Part shown: positions 46,826 through 60,966 of the stretch, in pieces
Layout: every line of letters starts with the position of its first letter
Position numbering within the stretch: the first letter of the stretch is position 1
Assembly (NCBI GenBank): GCA_964016885.1
Contig: OZ024751.1
Location: forward strand, 7,812,001-7,876,000
Direction of reading: 5' to 3'
Length of the DNA stretch: 64,000 nucleotides
From: Eledone cirrhosa
Taxonomy: Eukaryota
Translations under genes and position numbers: made by a program
The notes under the pieces: model-generated
Seen by the model: the letters and a program-made list of their open reading frames with translations, nothing else
The model's database searches: none
Told to the model about the DNA's origin: nothing

Positions 46826-49800
46826 ACTTGCTCTTCGGTTCTTATATATCTGATATATATTTTCCTTATCGAGCCCTCTTTGGATTTTAGTCTTCAATTT
46901 TATTATTATTACTATTTGGCTCCTTCGGTTGAGCACACTACTGACTTATATTCATCATGCAGAAACAACATCTGAATATTTCTACAAAGAACATACCCGT
47001 ACCAAGCAGGAAAACATACCTAAAACTCCTGATACAGAAAACAGACGCGTTCATTAAAAGGTTGCGTTGGCGTGCCTTTTATTTCAATAATCCGCGAAAA
47101 GCAGACAACAAACAGGACAAATTTGGATTTAAAACCTATAATAACCCTCCGTGGAACCCAACATTGCTACCCTTCGAAAATGATGTCTAGGAACTCATTC
47201 AGAGTATCAAATTTCGGAATAGGAGCAATTCCTTCCAGCAAGACCTGAAGAATAGAATTCGTTCTATTAAGGATTCTAACGCCGTGCACGTCCATTCCGA
47301 CAAAACTGGCAACCTATATCAAGTGGAGCGCAGTACTTACCATCAACTACTACATAATGCTGTAACTAAGGATTACCGTAAAACTAATCGGTGTGTCATC
47401 AATGAAATCAACGATGCTGGGTTTAAAATCACATCTGATCTCAACATCCTGGACCGGACCGAACCTCTGGACCCTATCTCTCCCCACTTTACCCTGAAGG
47501 ATCACAAATCCAATTTTCCGAACAACCCCTCTATTCGGCTTATTAACCCTACGAAGTTCGATTTAGGTAGACTTAGTAAAACGATTCTTGATAGAATTAT
47601 ACCTGAAATTAGAAGTTTGGCCCCTCTCGCACTGTGGAACAATTCTTTCGCGGTGATTGATTGGTTCAACGGCATATGTAACAAGGAACATTGCCGTTTT
47701 ATCCAATTCGACATCAACAATTACTACTCCTCCATCACTTTACCACTTCTCCTTAGAGCTATCAATTTCGCTAAAACACTCACAGTCGTTAAGGATTTCG
47801 AAGTCGATGTCATCCTTAATGCCCGACAGTCGGTGATTAATTTCGACGACTCTATTTGGATTAACAAATCCAATAGTACCCCATTCGACGTGAGTATGGG
47901 CGTCAGTGACTCTGCGGAGGTTACTGATCTTATTGGCCTTTTCCTTCTTTTCTCTATCAAGGATGAATTCCCCAACGCGGGCGGTGGTTTGTACCGTGAC
48001 GATGGTCTTTTGACCATGACTAAGTGCGGACCTCGTGCTTGCGACAGATTCAGAAAAGAACTCACAGCCTTCTTTAAAGGCTTCAACCTCTCTATACAGG
48101 TTGAGGCCAATCTCTCGGTCGGTAATTACCTCGACATTACCCTCAATTTATTGAAAGTTTTGTATTACCCGTATAGAAAGCCGAATGATACGCTTAATTA
48201 CATAAGTAAGCATTCCAACCATCCTGCCAGCATAACCAAGAACCTGGTAAAAAACGTTTCGTTGAGGCTTCCCGTCTTTCCACCAACGAGCGCATTTTCA
48301 ACGACCATTCCACTTATTACAATGAAGCTCTTGCTCGAAGTGGATTTGTCGATAAGGTAGCATATACAGAGTACGGGAATAGATCTAGAAGAAATAGATC
48401 CCGTCGCATTTGTTGGTTTAACCCACCATATTATATGGAGGTGGCCACACCATTAGCTAAGATCTTTCTTTCCCTTATTACGAAGCATTTTCCCCCTACA
48501 CATAAATATAGTAACATTTTTAATAGAAACACTATTAAAATTTCTTACTCTACGACTCCTAACCTTGCACATAACATCACAGCTTCAAATTTAGCTAAAC
48601 TACCTAGCCGTAGAAACACGTGCAACCCTGTAGTTAGTACTAACTGTAATTGTAGGAATCGGGCTGATTGTCCCCTATCCGAGAAATGCCTCTCTAGTAA
48701 CATTGTCTACAAATGTAAGGTTGTAACACCCACATCCCGTAGGGCCTACAGAGGGTTAACCGCCAATAGTTTCAAGCAGCGTCTTTACATGCATACCCAT
48801 TCTTTTCGTTACCCTCTAAGAAGGAATATGACGTCACTTTCAGCTTATATCTGGAGTCCAAAAGACAACCACACCCAATATAAGTTACACTGGGAGATCC
48901 TAGCTAGAGCTAGATCGTATAACGGAAATAAAAGACCATGTGACCTCTGTGCCGCTGATGCCCTGGAAACACTCTATGCCACAGACCACATCTTAAACAA
49001 AAAATCTGAGGCAATTTCGGCTTGTAAACATAAATTGCACAAAACTTTCCTGTATTACAGCCCCACGTTATACCCTAACGTATAGCATGATCTATACGTG
49101 GATATTTTACGTCTTGATGTGGGAGCTAAGTATATGTTTTGTTTATTCCTTTACTTATTTGCATAGGTAAGTATATATTACCCGTATGTTTTGTGAAGAT
49201 ATGTATACCTTCTCGTACGTATATTTGACTGTTATGGCGTATAATTTTTACATATTCTGGTATTTAGGGTTTGGTTATGTGTATATGGGAGTTTTGCGTC
49301 TGCGTGAGTATGCAGGTTCGTACGTATGGTGGGTGTGAGTATATGTGTACTTCTTGTTTTAGTTGACTTACGTCTCCGAATCTTCGTGTATTTATTTGTA
49401 GGTATGTGTGTGCGCTTGTTATATACGTATTTATTTACTTATATACGTTTATATAATTATTTATTTATTTGTACACAAGCATACACACATACACATATTT
49501 ATATGTGCGTGGTTTTGTATACCTATGGTAAGGTTTTGCGTATGCTTGTGTATGTACGTATCTGTTTGCGTGTATGTATTTATTTGTTTCTATTACTTCT
49601 GTATCGTATTTATTTACTTGGTTCTTAACTCTGTAGCGGAGATTCATTCGGTCTCCTAGTTAGAATTTTAGTCTACAACTTCTGCTATACCATTTACGTG
49701 GTTTTGTCTTTGCGTGCTATTGTTCTCCACGCTCCACATATGACTTATTATCTTCGTTATTTCGTTCATTGCCAGAGAACGTCTCTATGCACCACTTAGA

Positions 49801-49974
49801 GAACATTAGTCTACGACCTCTTTTATACCATAAACGTGGTTCTGTCTTTGCGCGTAATTGTTTTTCACCGCTCCTATTAATGACGTATTATTCGTTTTTT
49901 CCCGTTCTTTGCCAGCGAACGTCACCATGAACCAAAGTATCGTCTTCCTGTCTTCCTCCGGTTGACATAAATAT

Positions 49975-49975
<1 letters not shown>
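46826..49975 (+). mobile_element. Near-intact Naiad-type PLE; 3' end interrupted by another PLE fragment
   Basis: ORF 46957-49085 plus a 3' UTR shared with 29.6-30.0 kb and 63.6-64 kb. Confidence 0.9.
46957..49085 (+). pseudogene. Naiad-type RT/GIY-YIG ORF with one TAG (47188) and one -1 frameshift (about 48270)
   Basis: STKNIPVP, HSDKTGNLY, QFDINNYYSS, GLYRDDGL, SNHP, WFNPPY, CNCRNRADCPLSEKCL..IVYKC..YRGLT..FKQRLYMH, CKH. Confidence 0.92.
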
Positions 49976-50660
<685 letters not shown>

Positions 50661-50986
50661 ATGTGTTTATGTGTGTCTCTCTCTATATATATATGATAAC
50701 ATTTGCTCCTAACGAATTACTCGTGTCTAAATAAACGTGCAGAAGTAGATTCAGCCGGATCCATACACGGACCACGTCTCTAGCTACCTGCCGGAGAAAC
50801 AATTGTAACACACAATAAATTAAGTCCAGAAGCATCACTGATTTTTCGTTTTCTTTATAATACCTACACTCTACTCTGATGAATATAAAGTGCTAATTTT
50901 GGCATACCGCCCATGGAAGCACCTTAGCTACCATTACACACAACTACATATATTTATATATATATATTTTTTATATATATGTATAT

Positions 50987-51069
<83 letters not shown>

Positions 51070-51080
51070 TATATATATAA

Positions 51081-51314
51081 AGAATTAGTATATCTACCAA
51101 CATATATATACAGATGCATACGTATGCTAGCAAATATATAGGTATTGTCTTAATAACTTTGTGGTTCAATGCAAGGGGATGCAGAACAATTATATGAAAG
51201 ATGTAAAATAAGAAAATTATAAAAATCAACTTACTTACTAAAATTTCACTCGGGAGTGAAATTTTAGTAAGTAAGTTGATTTTTATAATTTTCTTATTTT
51301 ACGTCTTTCATATA
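51081..51314. repeat. Copy of the 24.6-24.8 kb element ending in a foldback of about 61-bp arms centred at 51252
   Basis: ..aaaatttcactc|gggagtgaaatttt..; arms 51191-51251 and 51254-51314. Confidence 0.9.
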
Positions 51315-51329
51315 TATATATATATATAT

Positions 51330-51677
51330 TTCGTTTCTGAATTTGTTGAGCAAGATTCTTTATCTGAAATCGTGTGTTGAAACCGATATTGTTATACTTT
51401 GGGAGGGTCATGTTGCCAATAAGAAACACACGCACCAGTTGCTTTCACTTCAATTTATTATAATAAATTTATAATAAATTTATAAATTTATAAATTTCTG
51501 GTTGGTTGTTTGGTTCCACAACCAGATAGTTGTTTATATATAGTCATAGTTCTTTCGTCACACACTATGTGACCTCTTCAGTGACTGGACATTCCTTTCT
51601 TTGTTTCTGTGCATCTCCTTTGTTCTGTCCTACGCCATTTTGTTGAAATAAAATGGCGTAGGACAGAACAAAGGAGA
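51330..51677 (-). mobile_element. pLTR/ORF-start fragment of a sister PLE family, with an HHR (51542-51586) and a 5' palindrome (51614-51677)
   Basis: gaaatcgtgtgttgaaac..tattgttatactt.gggagggtcat resembles 7497-7542; minus strand AGTCA-CTGAAGA-G-GTCACA..TGTGAC-GAAA-GAAC-TA-TGACT. Confidence 0.8.
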
Positions 51678-53220
51678 GGCCTTGTGCCTAAATCAGAAAC
51701 CTATATTTAGCTAAATGACTGTCAGTGGTTTAGCAGGGACCCGATTTTATATATTCTTCAGACCTGCATTTTCCCCTGTCGTAGGAATTATTGACCTTCC
51801 ATTGTAACAAATCAGTAAACTGTGTACTGATAATATTGATGTGATTAATTAGGGATTAGTGTTGTAATTATGAGAAATTAGTGTATATCATGCTGGATTC
51901 GTATTAGTCTTATTATATCCGAGCATGTCATTGCTTATCATCTATCCTGCCTTATGCATCTAGTCTCTCGACGTATTTTATAAAAAGAAATAGAACGAAA
52001 CGAATATTCTGGAAATTACCCATTATTTATTCATTTTAAAATGCTCTAATTAAAAATACTGTAAACTGTCATAAAAGAAATGATTTTACAGTATTAAGGC
52101 AAACATATAAATTACCTTTTAACATTTTATATTTGACTCATCGCGTTCTGAGTAGTTATATATGGGATGATTTTATTCTATAATGTTGTGTTTGGAAGAT
52201 TTATCATTCATCTTTTAGAATACACATTTCTCTATCCGATCGTCGAAAACGTATTCGAAACATATTTGAATATTTATTTCATACGAAATTGCAATGTAAT
52301 TCAAAATCATAGCTATATATAATATACCTACTAAAAGATGAAAATAAAATGTAACATGTGAAAGGAAGTAAGTGTCAGTAAACATAGATATGTCGTAGGA
52401 AACTCCATGCAACATATAAAACCATTTATATTCTACAAAGAAAGGAAATGCTTTATCTATAGAACCTAAAATTGATAGGAGTGTTTTCAACAGTTTTCAT
52501 ATAAAAGATAAACGGAAAGCTGTCATCCATGGCATTAAAGATATGCAAAATAACTATAAATTTCATTTTTTTATCTAAATATAAACAAGCTTTGCTCCTT
52601 TTTTTCAAATCTAGCTCTTTACAAATGCCTATGTATGTCAATGGAAACAGGTTTTTCGGTTTATTTATACATCTTTCTATTGAATGGAGAGCCTTTAAGC
52701 AAAATAGACATATGACTGTAAATCACATAACAGCGCCAATTTGAAAATATAACTCTATGGTATCCAGCATCAACTAGAAAAAACAAATTTTTACATAACA
52801 AAGTAACGAAATAACGATTTATATTTACCAAACGGAATTCAACGTTTTTTTTTTTGTTTTTTTTTTATTTGAATAAAGTGGTAAAATATTTTAGACAATT
52901 GGAATTTTCAACAGCTTTTGGTAAATGCTAAGTTACAAAAATGATAACATTTTTCTTATATTCTCATTATTCTAACCACAATATCATTTCTCTAGAAATT
53001 AAATGCATAGATAGACGCGAAATGCTTTAATATATGATTTATCAATCACTCATGATTTATTCTACTTTTTTTTGTATTTTATTTTTACATCATACAGGTT
53101 TCTCCTATCTATAAATAAACACAAATATATAAGGATATCTGAATCCACTATACCTTTTCATGTTGTTATAATATAATTAATTCTGGAATGTTATTATTAC
53201 TATCATTATTAATATTAATA

Positions 53221-53410
53221 GGGCGGTGGATTGGCAGTATCGGTAGAGGGTCGGACGCCATGCTTTCCAGCATAGTTACGTCCCTTTACGATCTGAGTTC
53301 AAATCCCGCCGAGGTTGACTTTGCCTTTCATCCTTACGGGGTAGATAAAATACAGTACCAGTAATGCACTGGGTAATTGCTGGCCTTGTGCCTAAAGTAG
53401 AAACAATTAT
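53221..53410 (+). mobile_element. tRNA-derived SINE, full length
   Basis: Same family as 21679-21870. Confidence 0.9.
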
Positions 53411-53898
53411 TAATATTAATATAAATTATGTCCCTTTTCGTCACCACAATCATTATGTGTTGTTATTGGTGTTGCTGTATTAAAACTGTTGCCGGTATAA
53501 TTTTGCTTTGTATCAGAGGATTTCGTTTTTCTTCTTCGTGTAAGTTCATATCTGTGTTTCCTTCATACCTGTGACATTCTAGATAATTTCTTCTGCCCCA
53601 TGTACACTACACATGATCAGTTTCCAAATAACTTTTGAGAAAATAGATGTAATGCAAAGAAACTACTACGGTCGTGAGACTACAATTATGAACTTCATTC
53701 ATCGTTAACATTAGATAAAATGTTATGATGTGTTTTGTATTCTGATTGATGATTAAGGGAATATTTGCAGCCATTATGTAAAATAGATCTAGTCAAATAG
53801 CAAGGAACGTTGGGAGTTTATTGGTTGCAGTGGATATATTAATAGAGTTGAGATTGGTGTTTTATTTTTTTGTAAAACATTATTATAGCACACACGAG

Positions 53899-54390
53899 GT
53901 TCTTCTTCTTCTTCTTCTTCTTCTTCTTCTTCTTCTTCTTCTTCTTCTTCTTCTTCTTCTTCTTCTTCTTCTTCTTCTTCTTCTTCTTCTTCTTCTTCTT
54001 CTTCTTCTTCTTCTTCTTCTTCTTCTTCTTCTTCTTCTTCTTCTTCTTGGCCACCGCCAACTTATTCCTGAGAGTGTCGCGGTGGCCGAGTCTTCAAACA
54101 CTCCTTTCTGTGGGTCCTGTCTGAAGCAACCGTCTCCAACTCATCAAGCTAGATCCCCAGGCGAGACCATCCAAGCTCATGGATGTTCAAATATCTTGCT
54201 CGAGATCAACCACTGGGGCTCCTACCTGTTAGTTTTGCCCGTAAATTCTATTCCTTCCTCAGACATTCTAAGCACATGCCCACATTATCGGAGCTGTGAT
54301 CTCCAATTCTGAGAATTAGCATCTCTACCTGGAGCGACCCTCTGATCTCCGAGCTAAGCACTTTGTCGAGTAAATTACTCTAAATGATTT
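53899..54390 (-). mobile_element. RTE-like LINE 3' fragment with an expanded (AAG)n tail (53899-54047), flanked by direct repeats of about 130 bp
   Basis: Minus strand CGHVLRM remnant and 3' hairpin ggccaccgc..gcggtggcc; flanks 53769-53898 and 54392-54517 are similar. Confidence 0.65.
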
Positions 54391-55829
54391 GAAGCCATAA
54401 CTGAAAATAGATCTAGTCAAATAGTACGTAACTTTAGGAATTTATTGATTGCAGTGGATATATTAATAGAGTTGAGATTGGTGTTTTTCGTAAACCATTA
54501 TTGTAAGAAACGCAACGTACATATATATTCAAATTAAATTTCAACGTACTTATTTAATACTGGCATCATTATTTTCCGCTCTGCTATGCTTTTTAAATTA
54601 AGTGAGTTATACTACACTTGCTTTCCGAACTGCGAAATACACTCTCTCTTATTGACAGAATAACTCCAGCATAAAATGTCGGTTAAGGAGAGAACTACGT
54701 GTAACAAAATAGGATATTGCGCTTAATAATATATCAGTAATTTCAAGCAATGCCAGAGGTCATGACTATACAATAATGTAGTGTTTCTTAAAAGTATAAC
54801 TACGTCATAGAAATGAATGAAATGTATCAATTTCGATAGTAACAAACAGTTGAGGATTATACAAAGACAGTAGTAAATCAGGCAAGTGATGGTAACTTTC
54901 CATCATGTTACTGTAGTAGTATACATGATTCAGATTGATCCAGTGAACATATAATTTTCAGCGTTCGATAAAGCTGATAACAGATCAATGTTTAACATTA
55001 ATTCGAAATATACAATTAAAAAATAAAATCATGCATATTTCAAATGCAATGAAAATAAATTTAATTTCTAAACTGACTGTTCTCTTATTGATTCTGTAAT
55101 GTTTTTAAAGATAATTATATATTCAAAAATTTTTTTATGATTAATCTGTCGATGTAGCTCTAGTAAATACGTTACATAAAGTTATGCCAATAGATTATTG
55201 TAGATAGAACATGCATAACAGGCAACATGTAAATAGGAGGGGATATTTTTTAATGTGTTTAGTAAGTGATTTCATCAGTTAAATATTGAAGAAGGAATGT
55301 GTTGGGGACAGATGGCGAAATGTACAGTAAGGCAAATTACAGGAAAACAACTCAAAATGAATTTTCCCGAATCAATGATGTATATGACACAGAAAAAGCA
55401 ACTTCCTCTGAAAGTCACACTATTCGTGTTTGCATGATATGACGCTAAAGTCAAGACAGGAATAATGGAATGCTTTATTGATTATAATGAAAACAATGTG
55501 TGGGTTTTAGGGCAGGATCCAATTCATGTAGAAGAAATGCAGCTCATGATCGCCACAGAGTGAATCTAGCATAATTCAGAGTTAATCAGATATAAAAGCA
55601 TAGGATGCTTCTTGCCCTCGTCGAAGAAAGTTTAAGCTCACGGAAACTTTTCGTGAAAAAGGTTCCTGTATAAAATATGGTATATTTTCCACATTTTTCC
55701 ACATCTTTGAATTACGTTTCAATATCCTTTAATGTATATGTATGTCTCTCTTTCTCTTAATTTCGAGTACATTTTGACCGGCTACCTCCCTGGTGGCAAC
55801 GTCGTAACAGAAAATAAATTGTCATCCCT

Positions 55830-57460
55830 TGAATCGCAAGAATGCTTTGCTAATTTTGAAGGTGCCAGCTGTCGCAGTTATGTGTAGTCTACGAATTACG
55901 GAGCTGCAATCCTTGTCCACAAATCAACGTTCAGTTATACTTTGGTCCAAGCGGATTGGTATATAAGCAGTAGTTCCAATAATGATGGGTTTGAAGCTAA
56001 AAGTGTATCTTGGATACTGGATCAGCAAGCTCCTCATCAATGGCTCGTAACTGGCCTCCTGCTCTTGTATTTTACTTACAACGTTGACATCAAGTGGTTA
56101 GCTGATCTCTTCAACAGAGCACGTTTTCAATGTGGGGTCCCAAACAACAATTTCAAGCCGGTTGTGTTTTGATTTGGTGACAGTTTTTATTTTTAAGTTG
56201 CACCAGTAATATTTAGTGCCATCTATCTCAACATATTCCTCCTCATTTGTTTTTAATTTAGCTTCCCTAAGTGCGCTCCAGATGGTTCTAGCTATCATAT
56301 CGTGTCTCATAGGGAGGTAGTAACGAGACGACATTCTTTCGCAGTTGGCAACAATTTGACTAACATATTCGATCTTTGTTTTACAAAGCATACATTTATT
56401 GTCGACTGATGGCCCACCTGTTTTGTGTAGCAGATATTTGGTAGGGATTTTGTTGTTCCTTATTGCATAGATATATCCTTCAAATTGGGATGTTATACAA
56501 TTGTCGGAAATCCATGCCAGGCATTTGAATGATTTATCTCCCCTATGGTCTATGGTTTTGGTCTCAGGTACCCATGCACAACTTTATCTGTAAATTGGTC
56601 CATGTGTTTATCTTGTTCGAACATTGAATAGGATCTTCCATATTTCCCTAGGAGAGAAATTTATATCAGGCCTTATTCCATACATCTTCTCCAGATCAGT
56701 GGCTATCCTAATAATATTATTTCCTTGATGCTCATGGACCTGGACAAGATGGTTGCTGACCTTCTTCTTCTGTTGAGTAGGTTGCTTCAGTGTTACTATT
56801 CGGGTCTCGTATGATGTTAATATGGATTTTAGACCCAGGCACCCTTCCTTGCGTGAGAAGTATAGCCTATCCACACCACCATCGATGTTAAAGTTTCCAG
56901 AAACACAGAGAAGCTTGCGATTTCTTATATCCATCTCACTTAGTTCTTGCAATGACCAGTTCAGCAGGCCCAATTTTGGCGTTAGGATTAGCACAGCATA
57001 AGTATTTGGGGAAATGTATTTGTTGTACGCTGATAGTTTTTATGACCATATTTTCTTTACACTCCTGAGGTATTCATTTCTGGTTCTCTTCTTAGATATG
57101 GGTCCATCGTATCAGTCATTCCCATCATGTCCAAGACATCTGTAGTTGCCACCTTACTATAGAGGCTGTATTGTCGAGTCGTTCATCTCTAGATTTCCAG
57201 AGGAGGGCACAACCCTTCCACGTATTACTGGCAAATATGCACAGTTGCACTCACCAAATCTCATTCTGATGTCTGCAAAGAATTGTGTGATGAGGTCCAA
57301 TATTTTTATAATATAGTTGATATTTGGCCCATAAAACTTTAGGGCATCAACAAAGAAAAGATCGGAGTTATTTCTGGATCCACTTCCATGACCACTTTGT
57401 TTTGTGAGCAGGTATGATAATGGGTTCAGTGAGAGGACGAAGAGCAGCGCTGATACGCTA
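55830..57460 (-). mobile_element. Decayed R4/Dong-like (restriction-like endonuclease) non-LTR retrotransposon, RT to C-terminus
   Basis: DSVSALLFVLSLNPLS, LFFVDALK, MRFGECNC, VDRLYFSRKEGCLGL, CMLC..E..QIVANC..YLPMRHD, HNRLEIVVWD. Confidence 0.8.
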
Positions 57461-58129
57461 TCAGTATATATATATTTATGTTCTTCTGGTTTTATAATTT
57501 CACAAATGTTTGCCAATAGAGAGAGAGAGAGTCGGTTTCTAACATAGATAGAAGACTCTCTCATTGGAATTTACACAGCATCAACTAGGTAGGTATATAT
57601 GCATGTCTGCATGCATGTATGTGTGTGCATGTATGGGTGTTATTGTATGTATGGATGTGGGTGTTTTGAGTTGTATGTCTGCATGTGCATATGATTTGTG
57701 TATATGCAGTTTTTAGATGCAGAATTTTTCGAATGTTACATATTTTTACTGTTCGATTAATGGATTGTACTTGTAATTTCCTCACTAGTCGTGTTTTTCT
57801 TGTCAAGATTTGTATTGAGGCAGTTACTAACATATCCCAGTGCCTCAATAATCACAGGCATAAATCTGAAGGTACAGTCAGAGTTGAGTATCTGTAGATT
57901 TCTCATTATTTCTGCATAAATATTCTCCTTTTCGCTAATGTTTGATAATATATTTGTATCTGGTGGTCAGCTAACTTCCACTACTACTGTGCATCCCTTC
58001 TTTCCCTGTCCGATTTCATTATACCTGGTCTGTTATGCCTCCATATTATTGGTTTTTTTACTGGAACATTCCAACAGTACTCTTTCATATTATGTATATG
58101 CATGTCTTCCACTTTGCTGTAGCTTTTAA

Positions 58130-60220
58130 AGTGTTATTATCGGGGCTATCTTTTCTACAGATTGCATTGTATAATGTTTTAGCCACTACCTAATGACTCA
58201 TAGGTAGATAGTTCCGTGATGACTAATTTGGACAGCTGCTTATGACATGAGTGAATTTTTCGATGTTAATTCTGCAGCGTTGGCATTTGTTGTCACATCT
58301 AGGTTTTTTGCCTGAAACACTATCTCTTTATTGAATCAGGTAGTTCGTGTTGATTTCCTGTTCTTGGATTTCAAAAGCGTATCCTTCAAAATGGGGTCCA
58401 ATATAGCGGTTGTTGGTCCAAGATAGACTACTCGGTTAATATATATTATTATCACTCTGGAGCTTCCTTGCAACATATCCATTCATGATATTTTGTTGAT
58501 AAGCAGTTTTCCATCCATGGATTCACTGTGGGACTGCTGGGCAACCTCCCTGGGTATGATCTTTTGATTATCATGCAGGGAATGTCTTTCAAAGAGTTCC
58601 TTCCAACTCTCATGATATTATCTGTCTCATGCAGATAGACTTGCTCGATAGATGTTGTCGGACGGATATGATGCGACATTTAAATGCTGTCTAGACTGAT
58701 GTTAGGTCTCTGCCTCCCTGCTTAAAATCGGTCTATGTCACTGTTGATGTGGAAGTTTCCGGTGTTGTTAGGTATTTTTGGGGTCCTAACATCAATTGCT
58801 CGGATTTCGTCTATCGTCCAATCGAGTATTCCAAACGTTGGTGATAGAACATGCACAGCAGCAAACACATTGTGAGACACTGTTTTGTTTTGCGCAGAGA
58901 GATCCGATGACCATATCTTTCTTAATCAGCTGAAATATTCCCTGGTTATTTCCTTATTACAAATGCCATTATAGGATATGTTCTCATCTATCACCAGGTA
59001 TCGGTAGCAGTCCCGATAAGATGTCGGTGAAACGGTTAGGCCATTGATGACAATATTGCTAGTCTGGATTCTAGTTTCTCCACGCTTTACAGTCATATAA
59101 AAACATTTATCTTGGCCAAACTCCATTCCTATATCCTTTCAGAATGTGGTAACCAGGTCAAGATTTTTCTTCATCCCATTTATGTTCTTGGCATAGAGTT
59201 TCAGATCATCCACAAATAAATTATGGTTTAAGTTCTCCGTCCTCCTGTGAGCAAGTAATGTATCCTTCACATTTCTTGAGCAGGAAAGACAAGGGGTTTA
59301 ATGACAGGATAAATAGTATCACAAAGAAACTATCTCCTTGTAATATACCCCTGTGATATTCTATTTTATCAGTGAAAATAGAGTCCTCCTTCTCTGTTTT
59401 TAACTTTCGGATAGTAGCCCAAGAAGAAGACAGCTTCTCTATGGCTCTGATAATAATGTCTGGGACTTTAGCAAGTCAGAGGGCCTCTATCATCCAAGAG
59501 TGGGGAATATAATCTAAAGCGTTCCTGTAGTATATCCATACTGTAGCCATATTCCTACAAAGTTGTCGCACCTCCGACATTGCAGTTTTGTTCAGTACAA
59601 CCCCAAATAACTTTCTTTCCTGCTGCTTATTCATCTGTGATGATGTTATTATTTTCACAGTGATCTTGGAGGAATAAGTTCAGGCATGTTGTATACATTT
59701 TATACATCAGGTTCTGGCATGCAACGGCTCTGTAGTTTTTTGCGAAATGGGTGTCTTTATTCTTGGGGACCAGTATTGTTGTGCTAATGCCCCCTTGAGA
59801 ACTTGTTGGTAGAGGTCGATAAGATACATCCGATAGAATATCAGTATCTTGTACGAGTAGCCGAAAATCATGTCTCTTCCAGGTGTTTTCTTATATTTGA
59901 GTTTTCCTATCACATTCTCAAGGGTATTCTCATTTATTTCGTATGTTTTTTGTTGTAGTGAAGGAGAAATAGTTATTTAGAATTTCTTTTAGCCACACTG
60001 CATCTTGGTTGAAATTCTTCTTTTCACACCATTTTTTTCTCCAAAAGGAATCTGTCTATCTGAGATGGGGCCTCAGTGACACTTATTATTTTGCCCTTCA
60101 TATCTCTATAGACTGATGTTTTGTTTCGTCTATATCTTTTATTAAGCATTTTACTTTCATCTACCTTCTGATATCGACGTTTCTCGATGAGAGCTCTTAA
60201 TTCCTGTTTGAGGGTGATCA
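58130..60220 (-). mobile_element. Second decayed R4/Dong-like element (RT region)
   Basis: KTPGRDMI, WIYYRNALDYIPHSW, GILQGDS..LSLNPLS, NLFVDDLKLY, MEFGQDKC. Confidence 0.8.
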
Positions 60221-60439
60221 GCTTTTATTGAATAGCCCTGGATCTACTGTTATCAAACGTCGTTTCTATTTTATTTTTCACTCTTTGTTTGTGAGGAGTG
60301 AATTTTTTTTTTTTGTTTTGCATGGTCACATATCCTGTATGTATGTCTGTATGAATGTATATATATATATATATATATATATGTATGCGTGTATGTATGC
60401 ATGCCTTTGTCAAGGCAGAATTCTAGGAGAAGGAAAACA

Positions 60440-60785
60440 CTGATATAACACCTGAAACCCTGATGGTATCCAATGATGTTGACTTGTTCTTCTTTTTGGT
60501 AAATATCATCTTGCTTAAGAGAGTGGGACTGGCTTGTGCAGTGCCTATGCTCACTATAAAAGCTTCACGGCACAGGCATTGCTTTATATCTGGAGATCTC
60601 TATACACTTGTCGTCACATAAGCCCAGCACTATATGTCAATAATTGTCACAAATGTAGTGTTTGTACCAGAGTTTTCAAGTCGCTGGCTGGACTAAAAAG
60701 TCATACTCGTTCAGCGCATCGGTAGGGGTTCTGCTACATGGATATAAAGTAGTGGCCGTACTCGAAAATGAGTTGGCAACCACCA
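60440..60785 (+). mobile_element. 3' end of an RTE/BovB-like LINE with a terminal C2H2 finger
   Basis: CSVCTRVFKSLAGLKSHTRSAH-stop followed by a short 3' UTR. Confidence 0.55.
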
Positions 60786-60881
60786 TGTATGCATGCATGT
60801 ATGTATGTGTTCAATCATACATGTATGTATGCGTGTATGTATGTATGTTTGTTTGTATGCATTTACGTACGTAACTACAGT

Positions 60882-60966
<85 letters not shown>

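Noticed and set aside
52215-52744. Hydrophobic short ORFs as a membrane-receptor exon or pseudogene
   Set aside because: No recognisable motif or splice evidence; AT-rich DNA often gives such ORFs. A BLASTx search would settle it
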